Shown: positions 1 through 8,040, counted from the stretch's first letter. The stretch: DNA of 20,000 nt from an uncultured virus (IMG/VR IMGVR_UViG_3300030376_004046) (IMGVR_UViG_3300030376_004046:48712-68711), one strand, 5' to 3'. The notes: generated from the sequence alone by a model not told the origin. A program made the numbers and translations.

Positions 1-82
1 ATACTTAAATGAATATATAATAAAAACAATGGAGGAGCAGTCAAAAAGAAAAACCTCAGTAAGAAAATCTTCTAAGAGATAA
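1..82 (+). CDS. Possible 3' end of an upstream gene (partial, ...YLNEYIIKTMEEQSKRKTSVRKSSKR*)
   Basis: Frame starting at position 2 is open to TAA at 80-82, on the same strand as the downstream block. Too short to verify. Confidence 0.35.
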   Translation, partial: YLNEYIIKTMEEQSKRKTSVRKSSKR

Positions 83-120
83 TAAAGTAAAGATTTAAAA
101 AAATAAGTGATTATATAAAA

Positions 121-1200
121 ATGGTGAAAAAACTAATAATACTACTGCTATTACTACCTAGTTTAGTAGTTTGTCAAACTTTTAAAAAAGAAGACCTTGA
201 AGACTTGCTAAAGTTTTCTACTTTTTATGCCGCAGTTAACGGTGGTACATCATTATCTGATGTTGATGTATTTTCTGTAGATAATGGTTTATCTACACAA
301 ACTATTTCAACTCCTTATGATTATAATTTTACCATAGGACTCCGTAAAATAGCTAGGTTTGGATATGAGAATAAGGCAAATACTTTTTACGATGGTACGG
401 AATCTAATTACAGTGACGCGGCAACTGTTGGTAAAGTTAGAGGGGTTGAGTATTTATTTGAAATAGATTACAAAAGACAAGAAGGAGTAGATTATATGGA
501 TCAACATCATTTTATTAGATTTAGTTCTGACGATGGTTGTCCTGATGAATTATGTGTAAACTTTTTTGCTTTAAAACTAGAGTATCTTGAAGATGGTTTT
601 GCAGATGTAAAATATTTTGAAGCTTCAGAACGTTATAGACATAGAAAAAATGCTAATTTATCTTGGAACATAGGGCTAACGCATCGCTTAGCTGAACCAT
701 ACGGTTATAACGCTTTAGATGAGTGGATGTTAAGCAATGGCAATATACATTATACTTATTTAGCGTTACAAGAAGGATATACGGTCGATGTGTATAGCAG
801 TGAGTACTATAATCCAGCTGGCGAATTAGTGGCTACAAGCGCTGAAGTTTGGGAGGCAGTTGTTATACCTGAAGTGTTAGCTGGTTACACTCAAAAGAAA
901 AGAAACGAATTAAAAAAAACAATACAACACTCTTTAGTTTTAGGATTTGATTATTACAAATATTCTAAATCAACATGGCTACACGCTTGGGGTAGTATAA
1001 TGCCTTATCACTATGATGATGGTAGCGAGTTTAGTTATCACAATTATGTTGATGGTCAATGGTATGATTACTCAGGAGGGTTAATATATGGTATAAAAGT
1101 AAACAAACAACTAGGGTATTTTGTAGAAGGAAAGTATAATAAATATTGGAACAGAGAGTGGTACGATTTTAAACTAGGAGTTAACTACACAATTTTTTAA
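121..1200 (+). CDS. Secreted protein, predicted outer-membrane beta-barrel
   Basis: Sec signal peptide MVKKLIILLLLLPSLVVC|Q. Tyr/Trp/Phe-rich alternating strands (LVLGFDYYKY, WLHAWGSIMPY, GGLIYGIKVN, LGYFVEGKYNKYW). C-terminal FKLGVNYTIF ending in Phe, like a BAM beta-signal. Confidence 0.7.
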   Translation: MVKKLIILLLLLPSLVVCQTFKKEDLEDLLKFSTFYAAVNGGTSLSDVDVFSVDNGLSTQTISTPYDYNFTIGLRKIARFGYENKANTFYDGTESNYSDAATVGKVRGVEYLFEIDYKRQEGVDYMDQHHFIRFSSDDGCPDELCVNFFALKLEYLEDGFADVKYFEASERYRHRKNANLSWNIGLTHRLAEPYGYNALDEWMLSNGNIHYTYLALQEGYTVDVYSSEYYNPAGELVATSAEVWEAVVIPEVLAGYTQKKRNELKKTIQHSLVLGFDYYKYSKSTWLHAWGSIMPYHYDDGSEFSYHNYVDGQWYDYSGGLIYGIKVNKQLGYFVEGKYNKYWNREWYDFKLGVNYTIF

Positions 1201-1219
1201 AAATTAAAAAACAATAATT

Positions 1220-1417
1220 ATGGCATTTAAAATGAAATTAAAATCTCCACTTTTTCAAAAAGTTGGGAAGTTGAAAGTACAGCAATTAAAAAAAGTTGGA
1301 AGGTTGACAAAAAAGAACTACGAAGGATCTTTTGAACAAGCTTTTGCTAATGCTAGAAAAAGTGGTGCTAAAGAGTTTATTTATAAGGGTAAAAAATACA
1401 ATACTAAAATAAAGTAA
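1220..1417 (+). CDS. Small basic protein with MAFKMK...SPL leader and SFEQAFANARKSGAKEFIYKGKKYNT motif
   Basis: 65-aa Lys-rich ORF that fills the gap between neighbours and has an A-rich leader. N-terminus shared with ORFs 3179 and 3337. Confidence 0.8.
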   Translation: MAFKMKLKSPLFQKVGKLKVQQLKKVGRLTKKNYEGSFEQAFANARKSGAKEFIYKGKKYNTKIK

Positions 1418-1422
1418 ACATA

Positions 1423-1713
1423 ATGGCAAAAGAATTAAATGAAGATACAGCGTTTAAGCTAAGTATAAAAACAATGATGGGGCTAGCGTTTGCAATAGCA
1501 ACTTTAGCTGGTATGTGGTTTACATTACAAGCTGAAATAGCAGAAGCTAAAGAATTACCAGTTATACCACCACCACCAGATCCAGAAGTTACGCGTATGG
1601 AGTTTGACATGAAAGATCAAATGATACGTAATACTATTATGACAACACAGAAAGACGTTGAAGAAATAAAACAAACTTTAGAAAAAATAGAAGACAAACT
1701 TTATGATAGATAA
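1423..1713 (+). CDS. Single-pass membrane protein with Pro linker and C-terminal coiled coil
   Basis: Hydrophobic segment MMGLAFAIATLAGMWFTL, linker LPVIPPPPDP, heptad-like tail QKDVEEIKQTLEKIEDKLY. Confidence 0.75.
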   Translation: MAKELNEDTAFKLSIKTMMGLAFAIATLAGMWFTLQAEIAEAKELPVIPPPPDPEVTRMEFDMKDQMIRNTIMTTQKDVEEIKQTLEKIEDKLYDR

Positions 1714-2062
1714 TATTAACTGGCAAACAAGAGTTATGTACATGTTAATAATTATTATCATGTTATCTTGTAGTGTTTGTTTTAGTCAAATAAAAGTAGT
1801 GCAGTTTAATGCTGGTTGGAATAAGGCTAACGATGTGCCTTGGGTAATGAGTTTAAAAGACTGTAAGACTATAGGTTATACAGATGTTGGTAAAGATACT
1901 AAAGCACAAGCAAAATACAAAATAGCCTCTGTACCTACTATAATAATATTTAAAGACGGAGAAGAAGTTGCAAGATTTCAAGCTGATCTTAGTTTTACAA
2001 TGGTAGCAACAAAAGAAGAAGTACAAGAAGAAATAGATAATATAATAATGAGCGATTTTTAA
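1703..2062 (+). CDS. Exported thioredoxin-fold protein lacking CxxC
   Basis: Signal-like MLIIIIMLSCSVCFS|Q. Thioredoxin hallmarks VVQFNAGW and KYKIASVPTIIIFKDGEEVARF (cis-Pro loop). WCxxC position reads WNKAN. Confidence 0.75.
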   Translation: MIDNINWQTRVMYMLIIIIMLSCSVCFSQIKVVQFNAGWNKANDVPWVMSLKDCKTIGYTDVGKDTKAQAKYKIASVPTIIIFKDGEEVARFQADLSFTMVATKEEVQEEIDNIIMSDF

Positions 2063-2064
2063 TT

Positions 2065-2436
2065 ATGCCAGGAACACACAAACAAAACAGTATGTTTAAA
2101 AAAACTAAAGGATACATTCAAGATGGTAATCCTTTTCCCGTGACTAGTTGTGGTAGACGTAGAAATACAGGGTCACCATTACACAGCAACGAACCGCGCA
2201 AAACTACAAAAGGTAAAAATAGGAACTTTAGAACAGTTGAGGAGGGCGCTGGGATGACCGCTAAAGGAGTTAAAGAATATAAACGTAAAAACCCTGGAAG
2301 TAAGCTTAAAACAGCTGTAACAGGAAAAGTTAAACCAGGTAGTAAAGACGCAAAAAGAAGAAAATCTTTTTGTGCTAGATCAAAAGGTTGGACTGGCGAA
2401 AGAGGTAAAGCGGCAAGAAGAAGATGGAAATGTTAA
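2065..2436 (+). CDS. Basic phage hypothetical protein (KRRKSFCAR...RRRWKC type)
   Basis: Lys/Arg-rich. GMTAKGVKEYKRKNPGSKLKTAVT...KRRKSFCAR...ARRRWKC resembles small basic proteins I recall from aquatic phages (not verified). Confidence 0.8.
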   Translation: MPGTHKQNSMFKKTKGYIQDGNPFPVTSCGRRRNTGSPLHSNEPRKTTKGKNRNFRTVEEGAGMTAKGVKEYKRKNPGSKLKTAVTGKVKPGSKDAKRRKSFCARSKGWTGERGKAARRRWKC

Positions 2437-2957
2437 AAGATTTTGACATATCAAGTTTTAAAAAACAAAAACCACCTAGTGATAATAGTTTTGATACAGA
2501 CCAAGAAATTAAAGCTCTTAAAAAAATACCTTTAAGAAAAGAGTTTGTTAAAAAGTATGATGACATAGAGGCGGCGTTTGAAAAAACAGCTAAAGAAAAT
2601 AATATAAAAGATTACGATAAAAAGATCGCTGCTAAACTTATAAAAGAGTCTGCACCTGTAATATTAAAACTAAAGAAATATCACAACAGACCAAGGCCAT
2701 ATGAATTAGATAAATCTTTAAGCGCTGTTAAAATGAAATCAATGAACACGCCTTCATATCCATCTGGTCACTCTGCGCAGGGTATGCTTATAGCATCGGC
2801 ATTGAAAGACAAATACGGTAAAGGAAAAGCCTTTATGCAAACGGCTAAAAACATATCTGATAGTAGAAACACAGCGCACGCTCATTATAAAAGCGATAGT
2901 AAAAACGGAACAGAATTAGGAAAACAAATGTATAAACACGTTAAAAACAAAATTTAA
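2424..2957 (+). CDS. PAP2/haloperoxidase superfamily phosphatase (soluble)
   Basis: All three PAP2 motifs present: K-x6-RP (KKYHNRPRP), PSGH (TPSYPSGHS) and SR-x5-H-x3-D (SRNTAHAHYKSD). Start may be the ATG at 2430. Confidence 0.9.
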   Translation: MEMLKDFDISSFKKQKPPSDNSFDTDQEIKALKKIPLRKEFVKKYDDIEAAFEKTAKENNIKDYDKKIAAKLIKESAPVILKLKKYHNRPRPYELDKSLSAVKMKSMNTPSYPSGHSAQGMLIASALKDKYGKGKAFMQTAKNISDSRNTAHAHYKSDSKNGTELGKQMYKHVKNKI

Positions 2958-2958
2958 A

Positions 2959-3177
2959 ATGAAAAAAGCACCTACAAAAATGAAAAAAACAGCAATGAAA
3001 ATGAAAAAAGCTCCTGCTAAAATGAAAAAAGCTCCAATGAAAAAAGCTTTAGTTGGTAAACAAGCTAACTTACCAAAAGAACTTAGAGATAAAATACTAG
3101 CTTCTCCTGGTAAAATGTTAAAACCAGCTGCTATGAAAATGATGAAAAAAGGAGCGGTTAAAATGAAAAAGAAATAA
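2959..3177 (+). CDS. Histone H1/protamine-like Lys-Met-Ala-Pro repeat protein
   Basis: MKKAPTK MKKTAMK MKKAPAK MKKAPMK K. Very basic, with almost no acidic residues. Confidence 0.8.
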   Translation: MKKAPTKMKKTAMKMKKAPAKMKKAPMKKALVGKQANLPKELRDKILASPGKMLKPAAMKMMKKGAVKMKKK

Positions 3178-3178
3178 T

Positions 3179-3337
3179 ATGGCATTTAAAATGAAATCAC
3201 CTTTAAAAGGTAAAAGAGGTTTGTGGGATAATATACATGCTAAAAGAAAAAGAATAAAAGCTGGTTCTGGAGAAAAAATGAGAAAACCTGGCAGTAAAGG
3301 TGCTCCGTCAGCTAAAGATTTAAAAGACTCTCAATAA
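3179..3337 (+). CDS. Small basic protein, 52 aa, not in ORF track (MAFKMKSPLKGKRGLWDNIHAKRKRIKAGSGEKMRKPGSKGAPSAKDLKDSQ)
   Basis: Translated by hand. ATG at 3179 lies one base after the previous TAA, and TAA 3335-3337 overlaps the next ATG. Shares 19 nt of 5' sequence with ORF 1220. Confidence 0.85.
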   Translation: MAFKMKSPLKGKRGLWDNIHAKRKRIKAGSGEKMRKPGSKGAPSAKDLKDSQ

Positions 3338-3465
3338 TGGCATTTAAATTAAGACAAGTAAATTCACCTATGAAGTGCTGGACAAAAGCTGGTTATATTA
3401 GAAAACCTGGTACAAAAAAAGGCGCTAAGGGCAGTTGTTACAAGCCTGGTAAAAAGAAAAAATAA
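3337..3465 (+). CDS. Small basic protein, 42 aa, not in ORF track (MAFKLRQVNSPMKCWTKAGYIRKPGTKKGAKGSCYKPGKKKK)
   Basis: Translated by hand. TAATG coupling to the upstream ORF, and stop at 3463-3465 directly abuts ATG 3466. MAFK...SPMK leader and two Cys. Confidence 0.8.
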   Translation: MAFKLRQVNSPMKCWTKAGYIRKPGTKKGAKGSCYKPGKKKK

Positions 3466-5619
3466 ATGAAAAAATTATTATTACTATTATTATTACCAAT
3501 ACTATCATTTAGTCAAAACTGCACACCAACTTTAATAGCTACTGACACGTGTATGTACGGTTATGCTAGAACATGGGTTGAGTGGCAGCCGTTAGATAGT
3601 GGTTGTACTATTGCTAATATTCATAGAGGAACACCTTATAATACATATTCTTGGGGTTGGAGTAATCAAAATATAACTAATTATTCTTTTTATAATAATT
3701 ATAGTCCTGGAGATCCATTTGCTAGTTCAGATGGTTTTTGGATGTTTTTAGAAATGACTGATGGTACTTTTACCGATACGATATATGCTAGTGAATTTAC
3801 TTGTATATCTGGCTGTATGGATCCATCTTATGATAATTATAATCCATTAGCTAATATACCAGATGTTTGTTTAGCAATACCACCACCACAAGATGATTGT
3901 GCTGATACTACAAAAACATCTATAACAATAGAGTTTGTGCCAGACACGTATGCCGGTGAAACATCTATGCGCGTGTTGAACCAAGATGATAGTACTTTGT
4001 TTTTCTTACCACAAGGATTTTTCAATAATGTAGGCACTGGTAATATGTATATTGAAACAATATGTGTGCCTATAAATGACACAGTTAGATTTATGATATA
4101 TGACTCGTATGGCGATGGCATATGTGGTAGTTGTTTTGGAGGTGTTGATGGTTATGCTTTAATCACGGATGAGTGTGGCGATACTATATATAGTTTAACT
4201 CCAGGTGATAATTTAAACTTTGGTCATAGCGATACATCAGATGTGTTTGTAATGAAAGATTGTAGCTGGATACCTGTTGTTGGCTGCCCTAATCCAGCTT
4301 ATTTAGAGTTTAATCCAGCAGCTGATATAGATAATCCAGCACTGTGTGTTACACCTAGAGTAATAGGTTGTATGGACAGTGCTATGTTTGATTTTAACCC
4401 TATAGCTAATACGCCACTTATGGAAGATACTTGTGGTTATATGCTAGAGCTTACTGATGGTGGCGGTGATGGTTGGTTAGGTGCTTACGTTGTGGTAAAT
4501 CAATTAGGTAATTCATACGGTCCTTATACTAACGTAAGTTCTTTTGTTGAAACCATAAACTTAGAATTAAAATCAAACCACCCGGTTACAATTAGAGCTT
4601 ACTCACAAACAAGTTCTGATGCTACTATAGATCAGATAGGTTTTAGATTAATAAACCCAGAAGGTATAATTATAGCTTCAGGTGGCACAAACCCTTGGAG
4701 TGATAGAATAATGTTATTTCCAGATAAATACATAGCTTTACCAAATTGTCCTACTATATGTATGCCATATTATTATGGTTGTATGGATGCTACGGCTTAT
4801 AATTATGATGATAATGCAAATACTAGTGATAGTAGTTGTTATTACGAACCTGGATGTACTGATCCACAGTACTTAGAATATTACACTCAAGGATATACAG
4901 CTGATTATAACAATGGTGATTGTCAAACAGAAGCTATATGGGGTTGTACTGATAGTTCGGCTTTTAATTATGATAGTTTAGCTAACTTAGATAATGGTGG
5001 TTGTACACCTGTAATATTAGGTTGTATGCAGCCTCTAGCGTTTAACTATGATGCAAACGCTAATACTGACGATGGTAGTTGCATACCTTATATATATGGT
5101 TGTATTGATCCTACAATGTTTAACTACGATGCAGCTTGTAACACTGATGATGGAAGCTGTATACCTTACAGTTACGGCTGTACAGATTCAACAGCATTTA
5201 ATTATGATCCAAACGCTAACGCAGACAACGGGTCTTGTATTGAAATAGTACATGGCTGTATGGATCCAAACGCATATAATTACGAGTCAATTGCTAATGT
5301 TAACGATACTTTATCTTGTTTATATGATGCTGGTTGCATTACTGGTCCGGGAATACCTTATTGGTTAAATGATCCTTGTTATGCTTGGGTTATTTCAGTA
5401 GATGATTATTGTTGTAACAATGAGTGGGATGAAATATGTCAGTTAACATATGATTATTGTGAAGGAACTTGGATTGGTCCTCAACCAAAAAGAGATTCTG
5501 AAAAGAAATTATTAGCAATTACAGATATATTAGGTAGACCTGTAAATAAAATAGAAAAAAATAAACTTATGATATATATCTATAGTGATGGAACTATAGA
5601 AAGAAAATTAATTAAGTAA
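3466..5619 (+). CDS. Secreted Cys/Asp-rich repeat protein (GC[MT]D..A.NY...A..DDGSC repeats) with a T9SS-CTD-like C-terminus
   Basis: Signal peptide MKKLLLLLLLPILSFS|Q. About 10 GCxD-type repeats and two DSYGDG/DGGGDGW beta-rich domains. CYAWVISVDDYCCNNEWDEIC module. Tail KKLLAITDILGRPV...MIYIYSDGTIERKLIK. Confidence 0.85.
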   Translation: MKKLLLLLLLPILSFSQNCTPTLIATDTCMYGYARTWVEWQPLDSGCTIANIHRGTPYNTYSWGWSNQNITNYSFYNNYSPGDPFASSDGFWMFLEMTDGTFTDTIYASEFTCISGCMDPSYDNYNPLANIPDVCLAIPPPQDDCADTTKTSITIEFVPDTYAGETSMRVLNQDDSTLFFLPQGFFNNVGTGNMYIETICVPINDTVRFMIYDSYGDGICGSCFGGVDGYALITDECGDTIYSLTPGDNLNFGHSDTSDVFVMKDCSWIPVVGCPNPAYLEFNPAADIDNPALCVTPRVIGCMDSAMFDFNPIANTPLMEDTCGYMLELTDGGGDGWLGAYVVVNQLGNSYGPYTNVSSFVETINLELKSNHPVTIRAYSQTSSDATIDQIGFRLINPEGIIIASGGTNPWSDRIMLFPDKYIALPNCPTICMPYYYGCMDATAYNYDDNANTSDSSCYYEPGCTDPQYLEYYTQGYTADYNNGDCQTEAIWGCTDSSAFNYDSLANLDNGGCTPVILGCMQPLAFNYDANANTDDGSCIPYIYGCIDPTMFNYDAACNTDDGSCIPYSYGCTDSTAFNYDPNANADNGSCIEIVHGCMDPNAYNYESIANVNDTLSCLYDAGCITGPGIPYWLNDPCYAWVISVDDYCCNNEWDEICQLTYDYCEGTWIGPQPKRDSEKKLLAITDILGRPVNKIEKNKLMIYIYSDGTIERKLIK
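4942..5319 (+). repeat. Five tandem 78-bp (26-aa) degenerate coding repeats
   Basis: Gly-Cys codon pairs start at 4942, 5020, 5098, 5176 and 5254, an exact 78-nt period. More diverged copies lie upstream (e.g. 3811, 4777). Confidence 0.9.
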
Positions 5620-6716
5620 TGAAATTTATCGGTCAATTTATACAAAGCTTTATAGCTAGATTTCGTAACTCTGTGTTTTTTGAAAGTGTAGAAAACGCAG
5701 ACTCTGATACTGATAAATTTTTAGTTATAGGATCATCTGGTAAGTTAAAATATAGAACAGGAACTCAAGTTTTATCTGATATAGGTGCAGGAACAGCAAC
5801 AGGAGATATAACTTCTGTAACAGTAACAACTGACACCGGAGCACCTGGTAGGATTTCTGTTGCTAGTGGAGATGTTAGTATTGCTTTAGAAGGTGCTAAT
5901 GGTGTTAATGTTACAAATTCTGGTACGACAATAACAGCACAAGCAGTTCCTGGTGAAATAGATCACGATTCGTTAAGTAATTTTGTTGCGGCAGAACACG
6001 TTGATTGGGCTGGGTCTAGTGCTGGAACAATACACTCTACTAATATACCTACACTAAATCAAGATACAACTGGATCTGCTGCTACACTTACAACTGCAAG
6101 AGCTTTTCAAACTGACCTTGCAAGTACATCTACAGCTAATTTTGATGGTAGCGCTGCCAACACTCACGGTGTAACTGGAACTTTAGCTTTAGGCAATGGT
6201 GGTACAGGTAATACAACCGGTGTTCAGGCTGGTAAAAATTATAGAATAGTAAATTGTAATTTTAGAGCAGACATAGGTACAACTAAATACTATTTACCAT
6301 TAAAATCTCAAGATGAGCAAACGGTACTAACGAGGGAAGAAAATCAAGAAGTAGCAATTTGTGATGGTAGACTAGTTTCTATTACGTGGAGAGCAGAGGC
6401 TTTTCATAATTTTGGTTCTGATGCTACAGTAACTTTTGGTGTTGAAACAAATACTGTAGGAAGCTCATACTCTGGTGGTTATTCTGTTCAAGAAACAGAG
6501 TCAGTCACAGTTAACCACGCGGATGACCAACATTTATGGCATGTTGTTTTTGATACAGCAAAACATTGGGATTCTACAGATATGTTTGCAATATCAATAC
6601 AATCAGATACAGATATAACAGGTAGTAACGAGAGAATATTTTTAACATTAGTAATAGAAGATGATTGGTCTACATATTTAGCTGGATCAACTAGAGAAAT
6701 AGATACAACACCTTAA
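5619..6716 (+). CDS. Putative tail-fibre/virion appendage protein
   Basis: Thr/Gly/Ser-rich shaft with fibre-type motif GTLALGNGGTG and a beta-rich C-terminal domain. Short N-terminal segment MKFIGQFIQSFIARFRNSVFFE may be an anchor. Confidence 0.65.
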   Translation: MKFIGQFIQSFIARFRNSVFFESVENADSDTDKFLVIGSSGKLKYRTGTQVLSDIGAGTATGDITSVTVTTDTGAPGRISVASGDVSIALEGANGVNVTNSGTTITAQAVPGEIDHDSLSNFVAAEHVDWAGSSAGTIHSTNIPTLNQDTTGSAATLTTARAFQTDLASTSTANFDGSAANTHGVTGTLALGNGGTGNTTGVQAGKNYRIVNCNFRADIGTTKYYLPLKSQDEQTVLTREENQEVAICDGRLVSITWRAEAFHNFGSDATVTFGVETNTVGSSYSGGYSVQETESVTVNHADDQHLWHVVFDTAKHWDSTDMFAISIQSDTDITGSNERIFLTLVIEDDWSTYLAGSTREIDTTP

Positions 6717-6747
6717 TAAAATAAATAAATATTAAACAAATAATAAC

Positions 6748-7104
6748 ATGGCAACATTAATACCAACTTTAACATTATCTTGTGCAGATGCCACAACTGA
6801 TTTAATAAACTTTTCTGTGGTAGATAATTTAAATATAACTAAAGCTGTAATAGCACCTAGTAAAATAAAATTATCTACAGGCGATTTAACTTTATTTGCA
6901 GCTGCATCTTACACCAAGTCATATGTTTATCTTAAAAATACAGACGACACTATAGCTATAAACATAGAAATTACAGATGGTAATGATACGATACAATTAG
7001 CAGCTAAAGAATTTGCTTTTTTTCCTTGGACAAGTGGAAGTGATATTATAGCGTTTTCAGCTTCAGGTACACCATACCTAGAATACGCTATATTTGAGGC
7101 ATAA
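6748..7104 (+). CDS. Putative virion structural protein, paralog 1 of 3
   Basis: MATLIPTLTLSCAD...YVYLKN...LAAKEFAFFPW...LEYAIF pattern matches ORFs 7141 and 7594. Confidence 0.75.
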   Translation: MATLIPTLTLSCADATTDLINFSVVDNLNITKAVIAPSKIKLSTGDLTLFAAASYTKSYVYLKNTDDTIAINIEITDGNDTIQLAAKEFAFFPWTSGSDIIAFSASGTPYLEYAIFEA

Positions 7105-7140
7105 AATAAAAATCAATTAATAACAAATAAAAACAACAAC

Positions 7141-7569
7141 ATGGCAACAACAACAGCAACAATTAGCATTTCCAGTTCAGACTTGATGCCTGGTAGTCCT
7201 TTAAATATAAGTGCTAGTTCAACATTAATGAAGACTGGTATAACTACTGGCATGGAGTTGATGGAAATGGGTAATGCAGAAATAGCACAGGATTATGAGG
7301 CTCAGTTATTTGCGGATGGACCTGCAACAGACAACGGTGCTTATTGGATCTACATTTGCAATACAACTACAGATGATGATACTAGATACATAGAATATAA
7401 ACTTCATGAAACCGTAATAGGTAGATTATATGCAGGTGACTGGATGTTTGTACCTTATAATGCTAGTGACGGCGACGCGGAAGTAGAGGTAAAAGCTCTT
7501 ATAGGTATAAACAAGATAGAGTACGCAATGTTTAAAACCGCATGGACTCTTCCAGCAGCTGAATCATAA
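7141..7569 (+). CDS. Putative virion structural protein, paralog 2 of 3
   Basis: MATTTATISISSSD...WIYICN...GRLYAGDWMFVPY...IEYAMF. Confidence 0.75.
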   Translation: MATTTATISISSSDLMPGSPLNISASSTLMKTGITTGMELMEMGNAEIAQDYEAQLFADGPATDNGAYWIYICNTTTDDDTRYIEYKLHETVIGRLYAGDWMFVPYNASDGDAEVEVKALIGINKIEYAMFKTAWTLPAAES

Positions 7570-7593
7570 AAATAAATAAATAAATAAATAAAT

Positions 7594-8034
7594 ATGGCAA
7601 CAACAACAGCAACTATTAATGTTAGTAGTGATATACTTAGTTATCCTGTTAGTATTAGTAAAACAATGACAATGAGCAAAAGTGCTAATCCTTCTGTAGG
7701 TTTAGATGAAACAACTGGTTTGCGTACTAAAAAATTTACAACTGCAACTGCAGCGGTAATTGTTGAGCACGATGAGCTTACAGACGATAAAGCACATAAA
7801 ATATATATAAGAAATGCCAGTACGAATAAAGCAGAGTTTTTCTATGTAGCTTATAATGCCTCTGCAGCAGCAGCAACTACAGCTGAAACTATAGGTAAAT
7901 TATATGGTGGAGACTGGATGCTTATGCCTTATGATGGTAATGTTAATATAACTGTAGCTTCTTCTACTGCAACCGAAACACAAATGCTAGAATACATGGT
8001 ATTTGCAGATGGTATTGTAGAAGCTAAAGGCTAG
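7594..8034 (+). CDS. Putative virion structural protein, paralog 3 of 3
   Basis: MATTTATINVSSD...KIYIRN...GKLYGGDWMLMPY...LEYMVF. Confidence 0.75.
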   Translation: MATTTATINVSSDILSYPVSISKTMTMSKSANPSVGLDETTGLRTKKFTTATAAVIVEHDELTDDKAHKIYIRNASTNKAEFFYVAYNASAAAATTAETIGKLYGGDWMLMPYDGNVNITVASSTATETQMLEYMVFADGIVEAKG

Positions 8035-8040
8035 AATAAC

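Noticed and set aside
100..120. taagtgattatata just upstream of ORF 121 as a possible phage late promoter
   Set aside because: I found only one copy in the window, so it cannot be supported without the rest of the genome.
4942..5319. 78-bp periodic repeats as a CRISPR array
   Set aside because: The repeats are degenerate at synonymous positions and in frame within a protein. There is no identical repeat plus unique spacer structure and no cas gene.
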